Positions 1 through 8,750 of a stretch of 64,000 nucleotides of DNA are shown here, piece after piece. The stretch lies in IMG/VR virus record IMGVR_UViG_3300037258_000352, positions 32,001 through 96,000 of that record; one strand, written 5' to 3'. The first letter of the stretch is position 1, and every line of letters begins with the position of its first letter. Under the pieces are notes generated by a model that saw only the letters and a program-made list of their open reading frames with translations, searched no databases and had not been told where the DNA came from. The position numbers were made by a program, and so were the translations under genes. The stretch is from a virus.

Positions 1-135
1 GGTCCAAGACCGGATCGGCGCGACTAAGGGTTACCTTGACCAGCTCCAACAGTCCGACCAAACCGCGTTGAAGAGCCAGCAAACGATCCTCGCCGCGAAG
101 AAGACGAGAGCGGATAACCCCCTACCGACGGGGAA

Positions 136-1158
136 GTGCACATGATTTTCGGTGTGGATGTTCACCCCCAGTTCCAAGCCGGCCTGAACATTGAGCAGGT
201 CCGGAGTGAGGGGTTCGATTTCCTGGCCGCGAAAGTGTCCCAGGGGACCACCGTCTACGACTCCCAGGACTGGCTGCGGCGAGCGAAAGCGTGCGGGCTG
301 CTGGCCATGGGCTACCACTACCTAGAACCGGGGAACGAGGTCGCGCAAGCCAGGACGTTCGCTGCGCAGCTCCGCGCGGGCGGGGTCCCGGGGATGCTCG
401 ACGCGGAATACCCCCTCGCGAACGGGGACACCCTGTCCGTCCCCGGGATCCAGTCGTTCCTCACCGCGGCCCGGTCGTTCGGTGCGCAGGTGCCGCTGGT
501 GTACCTACCCCACTGGTACTGGCAGCGGATGGGGTCCCCTGATTTGAGTGGCCTCCCGGGGTTGTGGGCGTCGTCGTACGTCACCGGGTCAGGGTTCGCG
601 GCCGCGCTGATCGGTGCAGTCCCCCCGTTGTACTGGGCGGACTACGGGCACCGCCCGGTGCAAGTGCTGCAGTTCACCGACAAGGGTGCCGTCGCCGGGA
701 TGAGTATCGACGTCGACGCCTACCCCGGTACCCGCAGCGAGCTCGTCGCGCTGCTGTCCGGTCTCAACGGATCCACCAGAAGACGGAAGGAATCGACCAT
801 GACCTACCGGCTCGACCCCACCACCACACCCACCGGTGCAGCGGATGACGCGTCCCCGGACGGCACGTGGCCGGCCGTGGAGGACACCATCACGTCCCCC
901 GGCCCGGCGGGTGGATGGCCAGGGCGGGTCCTGCAGCACCTGACGTTCGGGTTCCGTGGCGGGTTCATTCAGGAGGCCTGGTCGGCACCGTCGGGGCATC
1001 ACTACGTGACCCGGTACGACCCGACCGCGAAAACGGGTGGTCAGTTCGTCGACGGGTTCGTCACCCAGAACTGGGAGCTCCCCACCGGGGACATCGCGTT
1101 GATCGTTCGCTACGCGACCCGCGCTCGTGGTTCGGTCACACCCGAGGTAGAGCACTAG
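136..1158 (+). CDS. Endolysin, GH25 muramidase N-terminal domain plus C-terminal accessory domain (likely start ATG 142)
   Basis: IFGVDV..., AKVSQG, GYHY, MLDAE, LWASSY, QFTDKG..DVD motifs typical of GH25 lysozymes; lysis-cassette context. Confidence 0.9.
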   Translation: MHMIFGVDVHPQFQAGLNIEQVRSEGFDFLAAKVSQGTTVYDSQDWLRRAKACGLLAMGYHYLEPGNEVAQARTFAAQLRAGGVPGMLDAEYPLANGDTLSVPGIQSFLTAARSFGAQVPLVYLPHWYWQRMGSPDLSGLPGLWASSYVTGSGFAAALIGAVPPLYWADYGHRPVQVLQFTDKGAVAGMSIDVDAYPGTRSELVALLSGLNGSTRRRKESTMTYRLDPTTTPTGAADDASPDGTWPAVEDTITSPGPAGGWPGRVLQHLTFGFRGGFIQEAWSAPSGHHYVTRYDPTAKTGGQFVDGFVTQNWELPTGDIALIVRYATRARGSVTPEVEH

Positions 1159-1193
1159 GAGCGTCGATCATTGAGGGTAAGATCGAACTAAGG

Positions 1194-1253
1194 ACCCCGG
1201 CGGGTGTGCAACCACCCCCGGGGCATGGCAAGTACCTATGTCTGGGAGGTGCT
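1194..1253 (+). promoter_or_regulatory. Structured leader of HNH gene: large hairpin plus SD-sequestering hairpin
   Basis: ccccgg...ccgggg stem, then agtacct/aggtgct pairing that covers the GGAGGT RBS before ATG 1257. Confidence 0.5.
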
Positions 1254-1256
1254 CGC

Positions 1257-1927
1257 ATGAGCGAGTCTACGTGCAGCGTTGACGGTTGCGACCGGGAGCA
1301 CGCCGCCCGGGGCTGGTGCCTGATGCACTACAGACGGGCTAGTAAACGTGGGTGGTCGCTGAGTCCGCGTGCCTGTTCGGTGTGTGGAACTGACATTTCA
1401 GATCGGAAGTCAGACGCCCTGGTCTGCAGCAAACAGTGTGGTTTCAAGGCGTCCTACGCCGGTCGACGGGTCGACCTGATCGCGTACCAGCGAGCTAACT
1501 ACCGAGATAACCGGGCTACGATTCTCGCGCGGCAGCGGATATATGTGAAAGGACACGCAGATGAGGCGAGGCGACGGGGAACGGAGTGGGCCCGTCGGAA
1601 CCACGTCCGGGTAGCTCTTAGTGGGCATCGTCACCGAGCCTTACGGCGCAACGCCACTAGCGGGGGTTTTACATCTCTGAACGGGACTGGGTCCGGCTTG
1701 TCCGCAGACAGGCCGGACGGTGCCCGTACTGTCACATGCCGATGCCCCGGCCAACGATCGAACACGTTGTCCCTATCTGTCGAGGAGGTCGTCATTACAT
1801 AGGCAACGTCCTACCCGTGTGCTCGCCCTGCAATCTCAGCAAGAACCGACGGCTGCTCAGCGAGTGGAACCACTGGAAGCGAACCAACCCGAAATTAGAA
1901 GGAGCATCAAGTGGATCGGCATATTGA
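1257..1927 (+). CDS. HNH endonuclease split by a -1 frameshift at about 1664-1670 (programmed shift or pseudogene)
   Basis: 0-frame MSESTCSVDGCDREHAARGWCLMHY zinc finger; -1 frame continues RDW..GRCPYC..TIEHVVPICRGGRH..GNVLPVCSPCNLSK. Confidence 0.8.
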
Positions 1928-2915
1928 AAGGGAAATCCACCCGACGCGGAGACTTGGATGGAAGCCGAAAGCGGCGAACCGGGATGTACTCAAGCTCGGG
2001 GATTATCTGACCGGAGTCATGCCGTCCCATCCCGGTTCGGTCGACTATTTCCAAAAAATAACTGCCTCCGGTGGTTGGTTGCTCGGATCCAATGATAAAT
2101 ACGGTACGTGCGGGCCGACAAGCCTTTCAAATCTACTTCTCCTGGTGTCGTCGTGGCTTGCTGATTCTCCCATTCGAGTGACTGATAATGACATTTTTGA
2201 CCTCTACCGTCGGTCAGGTAACCCCGACTTCAACCCCGTCACCGGAGCCGGTGACAACGGTGTCGACATGACCGTGATGCTGTCCGCGGCGATCAAGGGC
2301 GGTATCGGGGGGAACTTCCCCCTCGCGTTCGCGTCAGTCGACTCCACCGACCCCACCGAGGTATGGGCCGCTGGCGCACTGTTCGGGGGCACCCTGTGGG
2401 GTGCTGACCTCGACGTCGCGCAGCAACACCAAACCGATATCGGCTTGTGGGACTACGTCCCCGGATCCGGGCAGTGGGGCGGTCACGCGATCATGGCAGC
2501 TGGGCGGTACACCGACGCCCCCGGGACCACCACAGACCGGACCGGGCTCGTCACCTGGCAGATGCCCATCAACTCCACCGACCTTTTCATGTCCCGGCAG
2601 GTCCAAGAACGCTACGTGGTGATCTTCCCGTGGCATTTGGGGTCACGGCAGTTCCAGGCTGGTGTGAACATGCAAGCCCTCGCTGCGGCCTACACCGCGC
2701 TGACGGGGAAACCGTTCCCGCAGGCACCTACCCCACCGCCACCAGCGCCCACACCCACACCACCCGGACCCACACCAGCGCCCACCCCGACCCCTGACCC
2801 GGTCGATGTGCAACTCGTGAAGGACCTCGGGTCGTGGCCCACCGACACCCACGTCGGAGCCAACGCGAAAGCCGCCGTAGCGATTAACCGGTGGAGGACC
2901 GCTAAGCACCTGTAA
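1911..2915 (+). CDS. Papain-like (C1-type) cysteine peptidase, probable second lysis enzyme, with Pro/Thr linker
   Basis: GSNDKYGTCG (Cys), GGHAI (His), VTW, PTPPPPAPTP linker; located between lysin and holin. Confidence 0.65.
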   Translation: MDRHIEREIHPTRRLGWKPKAANRDVLKLGDYLTGVMPSHPGSVDYFQKITASGGWLLGSNDKYGTCGPTSLSNLLLLVSSWLADSPIRVTDNDIFDLYRRSGNPDFNPVTGAGDNGVDMTVMLSAAIKGGIGGNFPLAFASVDSTDPTEVWAAGALFGGTLWGADLDVAQQHQTDIGLWDYVPGSGQWGGHAIMAAGRYTDAPGTTTDRTGLVTWQMPINSTDLFMSRQVQERYVVIFPWHLGSRQFQAGVNMQALAAAYTALTGKPFPQAPTPPPPAPTPTPPGPTPAPTPTPDPVDVQLVKDLGSWPTDTHVGANAKAAVAINRWRTAKHL

Positions 2916-2936
2916 CCAGTCCGCTACCGTCAGTAG

Positions 2937-2997
2937 CCCCCCGACCGGTTCCGGTGCCTTCCCCCTGACGGGGTAGGTCACGGGACACGGTCGGGGG
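2937..2997 (+). terminator. Long stem-loop after peptidase gene
   Basis: cccccgaccg ... cggtcggggg inverted repeat. Confidence 0.45.
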
Positions 2998-3022
2998 CCT
3001 ACTCCCACACCAAGGGGACCTG

Positions 3023-3463
3023 ATGGCGCGTCGACGCCGTACCCGCCTCACGGTCCTCGCTGTCCACGTCGCCACCTCCGGGGTGTGGCTCGGGTTGCTC
3101 ACCGCGACCGCCCTCACTCCCACCATCGGTCCACGGATCGTGGTGGTGATGGCCCCGGCCGCCGGCGTCGCGGTCATCACCGGCCTGGTGATCACCCCGG
3201 GGCTACTGCGGTTCGGGTGGGTCCGCGCGAAGCTCGCGCTCACCGCACTGATTGTGGCCCTAGCCGGCGGCACCTGGGAACTCCACCTCACGGGCCGGGC
3301 CGTGGCGGGTGCTCGTTATACCGCTGTCACGGTCCTGCTGGCCGCGACCGTCGTTGCTGTCGTCAAACCGCACCGCACCAGGAGGACCGCCCATGAAACT
3401 GATCAAGTGGTTCCTAGAACTGAAACTGATCAAAGCGATCTTCGGTCGCAAGGAAGGGGAATG
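3023..3463 (+). CDS. Multi-pass membrane protein, open in frame with the downstream holin
   Basis: About four hydrophobic segments; no stop before the holin start. Confidence 0.5.
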
Positions 3464-3464
3464 A
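3393..3464 (+). CDS. Small cationic amphipathic peptide MKLIKWFLELKLIKAIFGRKEGE
   Basis: AGGAGG RBS at about 3380, ATG 3393, TGA overlapping holin ATG (TGATG). Confidence 0.45.
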   Translation: MKLIKWFLELKLIKAIFGRKEGE

Positions 3465-3823
3465 TGGACCCCAGACGGGAACCGGCACTGATCCTCGGGC
3501 TGTTCGCTGCGGCGGTGCAGATGGTGTCCGCGTTCGTGTTCCACCTCACCATCACCCAGCAGGGCACCCTCAACGCGGTCGCGATCGCTGTCGCGGGACT
3601 CGTCACCGCGATCTCCGTGAAGTCCGACCAGCTAGCCCCCCTGATCCTCGGGCTAGCGCAGGCGCTCCTCGCGGTGGGTCTCGCGTTCGGTCTGTACTTG
3701 TCCCCCGACAACCAGTCGGTGATCATGTCTTTCGTCGCGGCGGTGGTGGCCATGTTCATCAGAACTCAAGTCACCGCGCCCGCCGGCGCTAAGCTGGTCC
3801 CGGCAGGTTCGGTCGTGGCCTGA
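3464..3823 (+). CDS. Holin-like membrane protein
   Basis: REPALILGL start, four TM segments, RTQVTAP end typical of actinophage holins; last gene of lysis cassette. Confidence 0.7.
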   Translation: MDPRREPALILGLFAAAVQMVSAFVFHLTITQQGTLNAVAIAVAGLVTAISVKSDQLAPLILGLAQALLAVGLAFGLYLSPDNQSVIMSFVAAVVAMFIRTQVTAPAGAKLVPAGSVVA

Positions 3824-3847
3824 CCCCCCGGATCCCCCCTAAAGAAA

Positions 3848-3885
3848 GGGGCCCGGTCACCGTATCCAACGGTTGACCGGGCCCC
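3848..3885. terminator. Intrinsic terminator between convergent operons
   Basis: ggggcccggtca / tgaccgggcccc perfect stem with an A-rich left flank. Confidence 0.75.
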
Positions 3886-4070
3886 GCCACTTATTCGATT
3901 AGGGGCCCGGCCACCGGAGCAGCTCGGGCACCACCACTCTATCTTGACTCCTCCGTCCCGGTCACCACACCACCACCAGCGACGACAACACCACCAGGTA
4001 CAACCCCGCCGTGGACACCGCGAGTAGCACGGTGACCGCGTCTAACACTCGATCCACAATCCCCCCTCTC

Positions 4071-4718
4071 TCATTTCAGGAGCCGCAGGTTCTGCGCCCC
4101 CATCTCGTACGCCATCACCGTGAGCAGGCCCGCGATCAGGACCGCCGCGATCCCGTTCCACACCGCGCTACCGGTCAGGATCTGCAAACCGATCCCCACG
4201 ATCGCCAACGCCAGACCGGCGACGTCCATCGCGTCCTCCGCGGCCTGCGTTTTCATGGCCGTGTCGGTGGTGGTCCGCAGGAACCGAACCCACGGGATCC
4301 CGGCCCGTTCCCGGTTCAGGGTCCCGACCGCCCGCAGGAGCGACGTTCCCTCCAACATCGCCGAGCCGGTGAGGACCGCGAGCGCGACCAGCATCGACAT
4401 CCCCGCGACCTGCGGGTCGAGGATCGACTTCACACCCTCGTACGCGGCGAATAACCCACCGGTGACGAAAATGTTGATCGCCGCGACCAGGCCCCAGAAG
4501 AACCTGGCCTTCGTCCACCACTTCGAGTGCCACACCCCAGCGAGCAGGATCGGTGCGGTCAAGGAATCGACGAGGGAGTGGGTTGCTTCGGCGAGCATCG
4601 CCGCGCTACCGGTGATGACCCCGAGGACTGTTTTCGCGACCAGGATCGCGAGGTTCACACCGAGGGAGTAGAAGAGGTTCCCGGTGGTTTCGCTGGCCTC
4701 GACGGTCGTGGTGCTCAC
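4071..4718 (-). CDS. Cation diffusion facilitator (CDF) transporter, TM domain only
   Basis: NLAILVAK..TGSAAMLAEATHSLVD, EDAMD..G; six TM segments, no cytosolic CTD. Confidence 0.85.
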   Translation of the reverse strand: MSTTTVEASETTGNLFYSLGVNLAILVAKTVLGVITGSAAMLAEATHSLVDSLTAPILLAGVWHSKWWTKARFFWGLVAAINIFVTGGLFAAYEGVKSILDPQVAGMSMLVALAVLTGSAMLEGTSLLRAVGTLNRERAGIPWVRFLRTTTDTAMKTQAAEDAMDVAGLALAIVGIGLQILTGSAVWNGIAAVLIAGLLTVMAYEMGAQNLRLLK

Positions 4719-4765
4719 TGTGCTGTCCTCCGTGTCTGGTAGGTCTCCGCTGACCTACACCCGGT

Positions 4766-4793
4766 GTATCGCCGGTCGGGTCCGGTCCGTTAC
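4766..4793 (-). promoter_or_regulatory. ECF (SigD-type) promoter GTAAC-N17-CGATAC
   Basis: Exact motif; -35 contains the TAA stop of the methyltransferase gene. Confidence 0.75.
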
Positions 4794-5977
4794 AGCGAAC
4801 CGTTCAGGAGAAGCGCGACCGCTTCAGCGGCTTGGTGGGGTACGACCCCGTTCCCTGCGAGGCGGATCATGTCGTTCCTGGACAGCCCGGGGACGGTGGT
4901 GACCCACCCGTCGGGCCAGCCCTGCATCCATTCCGTGAAGTAGGGGCTTAACTGCTGGCCACCTCGCTGGCCGGTGACGGTTGGGTTGGGTGCTCGGCGC
5001 CCGAGGATGGTCTCCCACCTATAGATGGCTGGCCCGTAGTCGGTTCCATCGACACTGACCCAGGATCGTGGGGAATGAGCATCCTCACGGCCATCACCAG
5101 TGGTGTTCCGATCCCGTTGCCGTTGCGGCCCTTCTCTTTCTCCCGTTCTCTCCTGGCTTGCCAGGACTCCACCGATTCCCCGTCGTTGAAGTTCCCCGCG
5201 GTCGGAGTCGGGAGCAGCGCAATCGCATCGTCCAGGTTCCGTTTGCCTTGCGAGTACCGCAACCTCGCCGTCCTGACCGACATCGACCGACTCGAACCGT
5301 CGCCGTCCCGTGCTTGCGGTGTTGGGAGTAGCTGCATCACCGCACTGGGCAGCATCAAATCCCCACTGCTGCCCCGCTGGTTCGGTCCGCCCTTCTCCCC
5401 ATCCGACGCCCACACCGTCGACAGCAGGGCGGGCGACGATGAAGACCCTGAACCGGCCATGGGGGGCGCCAACGTCGGACGCTCGTAAACTGACCCATTC
5501 CGCATCGAACCCGAGGCTGGCCAGATCTCCGCAAACGGCGCCGCATGCCCGCAAAGCGCTATCCTCGTCGTCTCCCACACACCACGGGCAGGGTTCCAAG
5601 TCGCAAGCGGCTGCGGTGCTGAGTAGGCCGCGCACATTTTCGATCACCACCAGCTTCGGTCGTAGTTTGTTGATCGCGTAAGCCATGTGGGACCACAACC
5701 CCGACCGGGTCCCCGGCCGCAGCCCAGCGCGTTTCCCGGCGGAGCTGACATCAACGCAAGGGAACCCACCGGTTAGCACGTCGATCGGCTCGACCGTGTC
5801 CCAATCAACGGTCGTGATGTCCCCGGAGTTGGGCACTCCGGGCCAGTGGTGCGCGAGGACCTTCGACGCGGCGGGGTCGTTCTCCACGAACCACACCGGT
5901 TCCACGTCGAGGACCGAACCGACGGCGAGTTCCAACGCGCCCGCGCCGGCGAAGAGGCACCCGCTGCTCATGGTCAC
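4790..5977 (-). CDS. DNA (cytosine-5) methyltransferase
   Basis: LFAGAG, GGFPC, ENV, GAPHGRFRVF, EWMQGWP, GNGVVP motifs. Confidence 0.93.
   Translation of the reverse strand: MTMSSGCLFAGAGALELAVGSVLDVEPVWFVENDPAASKVLAHHWPGVPNSGDITTVDWDTVEPIDVLTGGFPCVDVSSAGKRAGLRPGTRSGLWSHMAYAINKLRPKLVVIENVRGLLSTAAACDLEPCPWCVGDDEDSALRACGAVCGDLASLGFDAEWVSLRASDVGAPHGRFRVFIVARPAVDGVGVGWGEGRTEPAGQQWGFDAAQCGDAATPNTASTGRRRFESVDVGQDGEVAVLARQTEPGRCDCAAPDSDRGELQRRGIGGVLASQERTGEREGPQRQRDRNTTGDGREDAHSPRSWVSVDGTDYGPAIYRWETILGRRAPNPTVTGQRGGQQLSPYFTEWMQGWPDGWVTTVPGLSRNDMIRLAGNGVVPHQAAEAVALLLNGSL
4948..5637 (-). CDS. Out-of-frame nested ORF within C5-MTase (LLPTP-repeat polypeptide)
   Basis: WPASGSMRNG and repeated LLPTP units as seen in alternative-frame partners of phage C5 MTases. 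Confidence 0.6.
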   Translation of the reverse strand: MCAAYSAPQPLATWNPARGVWETTRIALCGHAAPFAEIWPASGSMRNGSVYERPTLAPPMAGSGSSSSPALLSTVWASDGEKGGPNQRGSSGDLMLPSAVMQLLPTPQARDGDGSSRSMSVRTARLRYSQGKRNLDDAIALLPTPTAGNFNDGESVESWQARREREKEKGRNGNGIGTPLVMAVRMLIPHDPGSVSMEPTTGQPSIGGRPSSGAEHPTQPSPASEVASS

Positions 5978-6169
5978 TGCTGTCTCCGTGTCTCAGGTCC
6001 CGTTGACCTGTGGGGGTTATCGGCCGGTCCGGTCCATCCACTTCGCTAAGGAGATCGCCCCACAGGTGATGCCCATGATCGGGATGGTGGCGATCGCCGC
6101 GAACTCCACAAACAGGGTGAGCATCAGGTTCTCCTTGGGTGGGCTCCGGTGCGGTGCCCTACATTCCCT

Positions 6170-6197
6170 GTATCGCTGGCCGGGTCGGGTTCGTTAC
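6170..6197 (-). promoter_or_regulatory. ECF (SigD-type) promoter GTAAC-N17-CGATAC
   Basis: Exact motif upstream of the MTase unit. Confidence 0.75.
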
Positions 6198-6524
6198 AGC
6201 CCGTTGGGTGGTGGGGTCCGGGGTCAGGCATGGAAGTCCGCAGCCGATCAGCCCGCTGCGCTCACCCCGGCTCTTAGGATCGGCCGCTCCATATCCTGGC
6301 TGCCTGGCCCACCACCCGAACACAGTCAACTAGCTGGGATTTCGATCAGGATCGTCTCATCTTCGTCCATGTCCAAACCATCAGGATCAGTCACTGTTCC
6401 TCCTCTCGTGACGTTCATTCGCTAGCCGGTGAACCCGACCAGCGGTGCGGAGTACGGCAGGTGGGCAGACGCCAGCCTTTGACCCGGCTGAGTTGGATCC
6501 GCTGCGGAGTCACCAGCTCGGTCA

Positions 6525-6998
6525 TTAACTCAACCACCCGGACTGCGTCAGCATCTCCACCCACACCGGCTCCAACCCCGGCCGGTGCTGCCACTCCTCC
6601 GGACCGGATCTCATCGCGAGGTGATTACGAGTGACGGCCACCAACTCATCCAGCTCACCGGGGGTTACCCATCGCATCGCCCGGGTTTCGTCTTCGCTGC
6701 GGACCGGCTCACCAGTGGTGTCGGCGGTGAACACTTCCCAGGCGTGGTGATCCCCCCTGGGTCGCCGGCACCGGTTTCCGTACCGGGCGCGGTGGATCAC
6801 CGTCAAGCACGACGCGGTCAATCCGACTTCTTCGCGAAGCTCCCGCAGCGCAGCTTGCGCGTAGGTCTCCCCGTCGTCTACATGTCCCGCTGGTGGAGCC
6901 CACCCGTAGGGAGGTCGCCGACGTTCGATCAGCAGCAGTCGACCGTCCCGGTGGACGAGGATCCCGGCGCTGGTGTTGGTGCAAGACTCGATCGTCAC
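6525..6998 (-). CDS. NUDIX hydrolase
   Basis: GHVDDGETYAQAALRELREEVGL Nudix box. Confidence 0.92.
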   Translation of the reverse strand: MTIESCTNTSAGILVHRDGRLLLIERRRPPYGWAPPAGHVDDGETYAQAALRELREEVGLTASCLTVIHRARYGNRCRRPRGDHHAWEVFTADTTGEPVRSEDETRAMRWVTPGELDELVAVTRNHLAMRSGPEEWQHRPGLEPVWVEMLTQSGWLS

Positions 6999-7273
6999 GT
7001 CGACTCCTCCCCGAGCTTGGTCCGGGTCGCGTCAATGAACGCGTCTAACCATGGGGGATGCCCATCCATGTTCGCTTCGAACACGTGCCCGATGTAGGAG
7101 TCCGTCAGCGGGGCAACGTCGATCCCGACGTCGGGGAGCGCAACCCACTGACCTGATTGGTCGCGGACGTAGGTGACGGTGACCGAGGTGATCCACACGA
7201 TCCGGTCACCGAGGTCCACCGGATCCTCCCCGGTCACCGTCCCCGTCACTTCCACCTGACTAGCCCGGATCAT
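6995..7273 (-). CDS. Hypothetical protein, paralog of 7270-7557
   Basis: Shared VTY.RDQ.G.WV and P.W...FIDA.R motifs; overlapping start/stop. Confidence 0.7.
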   Translation of the reverse strand: MIRASQVEVTGTVTGEDPVDLGDRIVWITSVTVTYVRDQSGQWVALPDVGIDVAPLTDSYIGHVFEANMDGHPPWLDAFIDATRTKLGEEST

Positions 7274-7557
7274 GACGAATCTCCCTGCTCGATGGTTGGG
7301 CGGGCAGCGTCGATGAACTCAGTCACCCACACCGGAAACTCCGGACCCAACTCGTCCACCGGGCCGGTGTAATCCGAGTCGAGGTACATGCCGTTGACCG
7401 GGACCCCGTACTGGTGGTGGACCCACGCCCCGGTTTGGTCCCGCTCGTAGGTCACTCCGATCGTGTCCACGTCGACCACACCGCAGGCGTACCGAACCGG
7501 TGTCTTCCCGGACACTTTCCCGGTCACCGTGATCCCCGTGATCTCAACCATCGTCAA
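7270..7557 (-). CDS. Hypothetical protein, paralog of 6995-7273
   Basis: Same shared motifs as 6995-7273. Confidence 0.7.
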   Translation of the reverse strand: MTMVEITGITVTGKVSGKTPVRYACGVVDVDTIGVTYERDQTGAWVHHQYGVPVNGMYLDSDYTGPVDELGPEFPVWVTEFIDAARPTIEQGDSS

Positions 7558-7599
7558 CCTCCAACCAGAAGCGGGCGACCTCGGAGTCGGTCCGCGTGA

Positions 7600-7830
7600 T
7601 CACGCTGGTACCCGCTTCATAGCTCGTCGCTCATCGGGAGTGGTGCCCCCGGAGATCCCCGCGTCCTGCCCTGTCGTCAGAGCCCAGTCCAAGCACTCCG
7701 AGTTGACCGGGCAACGCCGGCACACGGCCTTAGCCTCGGTGATCTGCAGCAACGCAGGACCCGACGTCCCGATCGGAAAGAACAATTCGGGATCTTCCTC
7801 CCTGCACGCTGCACGGTGCCGCCAGTCCAT
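7600..7830 (-). CDS. whiB: WhiB1/WblE-like Fe-S transcription factor
   Basis: MDWRHRAACREEDPELFFPIG..C..C.....C..GISGG; GGAGGTG RBS. Confidence 0.93.
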   Translation of the reverse strand: MDWRHRAACREEDPELFFPIGTSGPALLQITEAKAVCRRCPVNSECLDWALTTGQDAGISGGTTPDERRAMKRVPA

Positions 7831-8298
7831 CCCACTCACCTCCATCGCTTCGGTTGGTGCCAGCGGCACCGGTTAGTTACAGCTCAATGTCCGGTGCTGA
7901 CCCCGAGGGTCAACCGCGGGGTGGGGGCTGGTGGTGCGTTGTTCGCGGTGTCCCGCCACGGCCCGCACTGCTCATGATCGTGCGCGGTCCCACCCCGACC
8001 GGCCTCGTTCGCGGCCACCCCCGAGCACTGCTCGACCTTGCTGTGTGTTCTACTCCCGAACATTCCGTGTCCCTCCGTGTCTGGTGGTGTCCGCACACCA
8101 CCCGTTGTCACCCGGCCCGGTCGAGCCGGCGGGTCCCTCGTCCCTGCGGGTAGGTCCGCAGCCACATCCCCGCGCATTTCACTGCGGTCTCGTACACCGC
8201 TGGGACCGTGTCCCTCGAGAACGCCATCAGCTCAACCATCGTCAGGGGGAGCCGTTCGAGGCAGTCCCCACAGGTCCCGCAGTCCCCACCGCAGTCAC

Positions 8299-8520
8299 TC
8301 ACTGGGGAAACGAGAGTGTTTCGCTGATAACGGTCATCGTGCCCCGCGCCCACCGGGGTAGCCGGTCGTCGGCCGCGATGTATCCGGTTGCGCGTGCGGC
8401 GATCTCACCGTCGTCAGTGGGATCCACTTCCCCGGGTGCGATCCATTCGGCTTCGAGTGCGGCTGCGTGCCAAGCTTCGGGGTCGACGTCGATCTCGATG
8501 ACGATTCGCGCTCTGATCAC
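8299..8520 (-). CDS. Hypothetical protein
   Basis: Preceded by leader variant and SigA-like promoter. Confidence 0.6.
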   Translation of the reverse strand: MIRARIVIEIDVDPEAWHAAALEAEWIAPGEVDPTDDGEIAARATGYIAADDRLPRWARGTMTVISETLSFPQ

Positions 8521-8574
8521 TGTGGTGTCCCTCCGCGTCTACCGGCGTCCGCCACGCCAGTCTGTAATGTCACA

Positions 8575-8603
8575 AGACTACATCCGTGGGTGGTGACCGT
8601 CAA
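8575..8603 (-). promoter_or_regulatory. SigA-type promoter TTGACG-N17-TAGTCT
   Basis: Consensus hexamers with 17-bp spacer. Confidence 0.6.
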
Positions 8604-8750
8604 CGGTTACCGGGGAGGGTCCGAAGTCGATCGGACCGATCCGGATCCCCGACGGGTCCACCCCGTCCATCGCGGCGAGCTTGTCCCGCATCGAGGTCAA
8701 CACCTCAGCCAGGACCCGCTCCACACCCAACGAGACCTCACACCGGCACA

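Noticed and set aside
867-1256. N-terminal part of the 311-aa ORF 867-1802
   Set aside because: Overlaps the endolysin out of frame; the true start is ATG 1257 with an RBS
3023-3823. Single 266-aa fused membrane protein
   Set aside because: An internal RBS and start at 3461/3464 with a holin-like N-terminus suggest separate products, although read-through is possible
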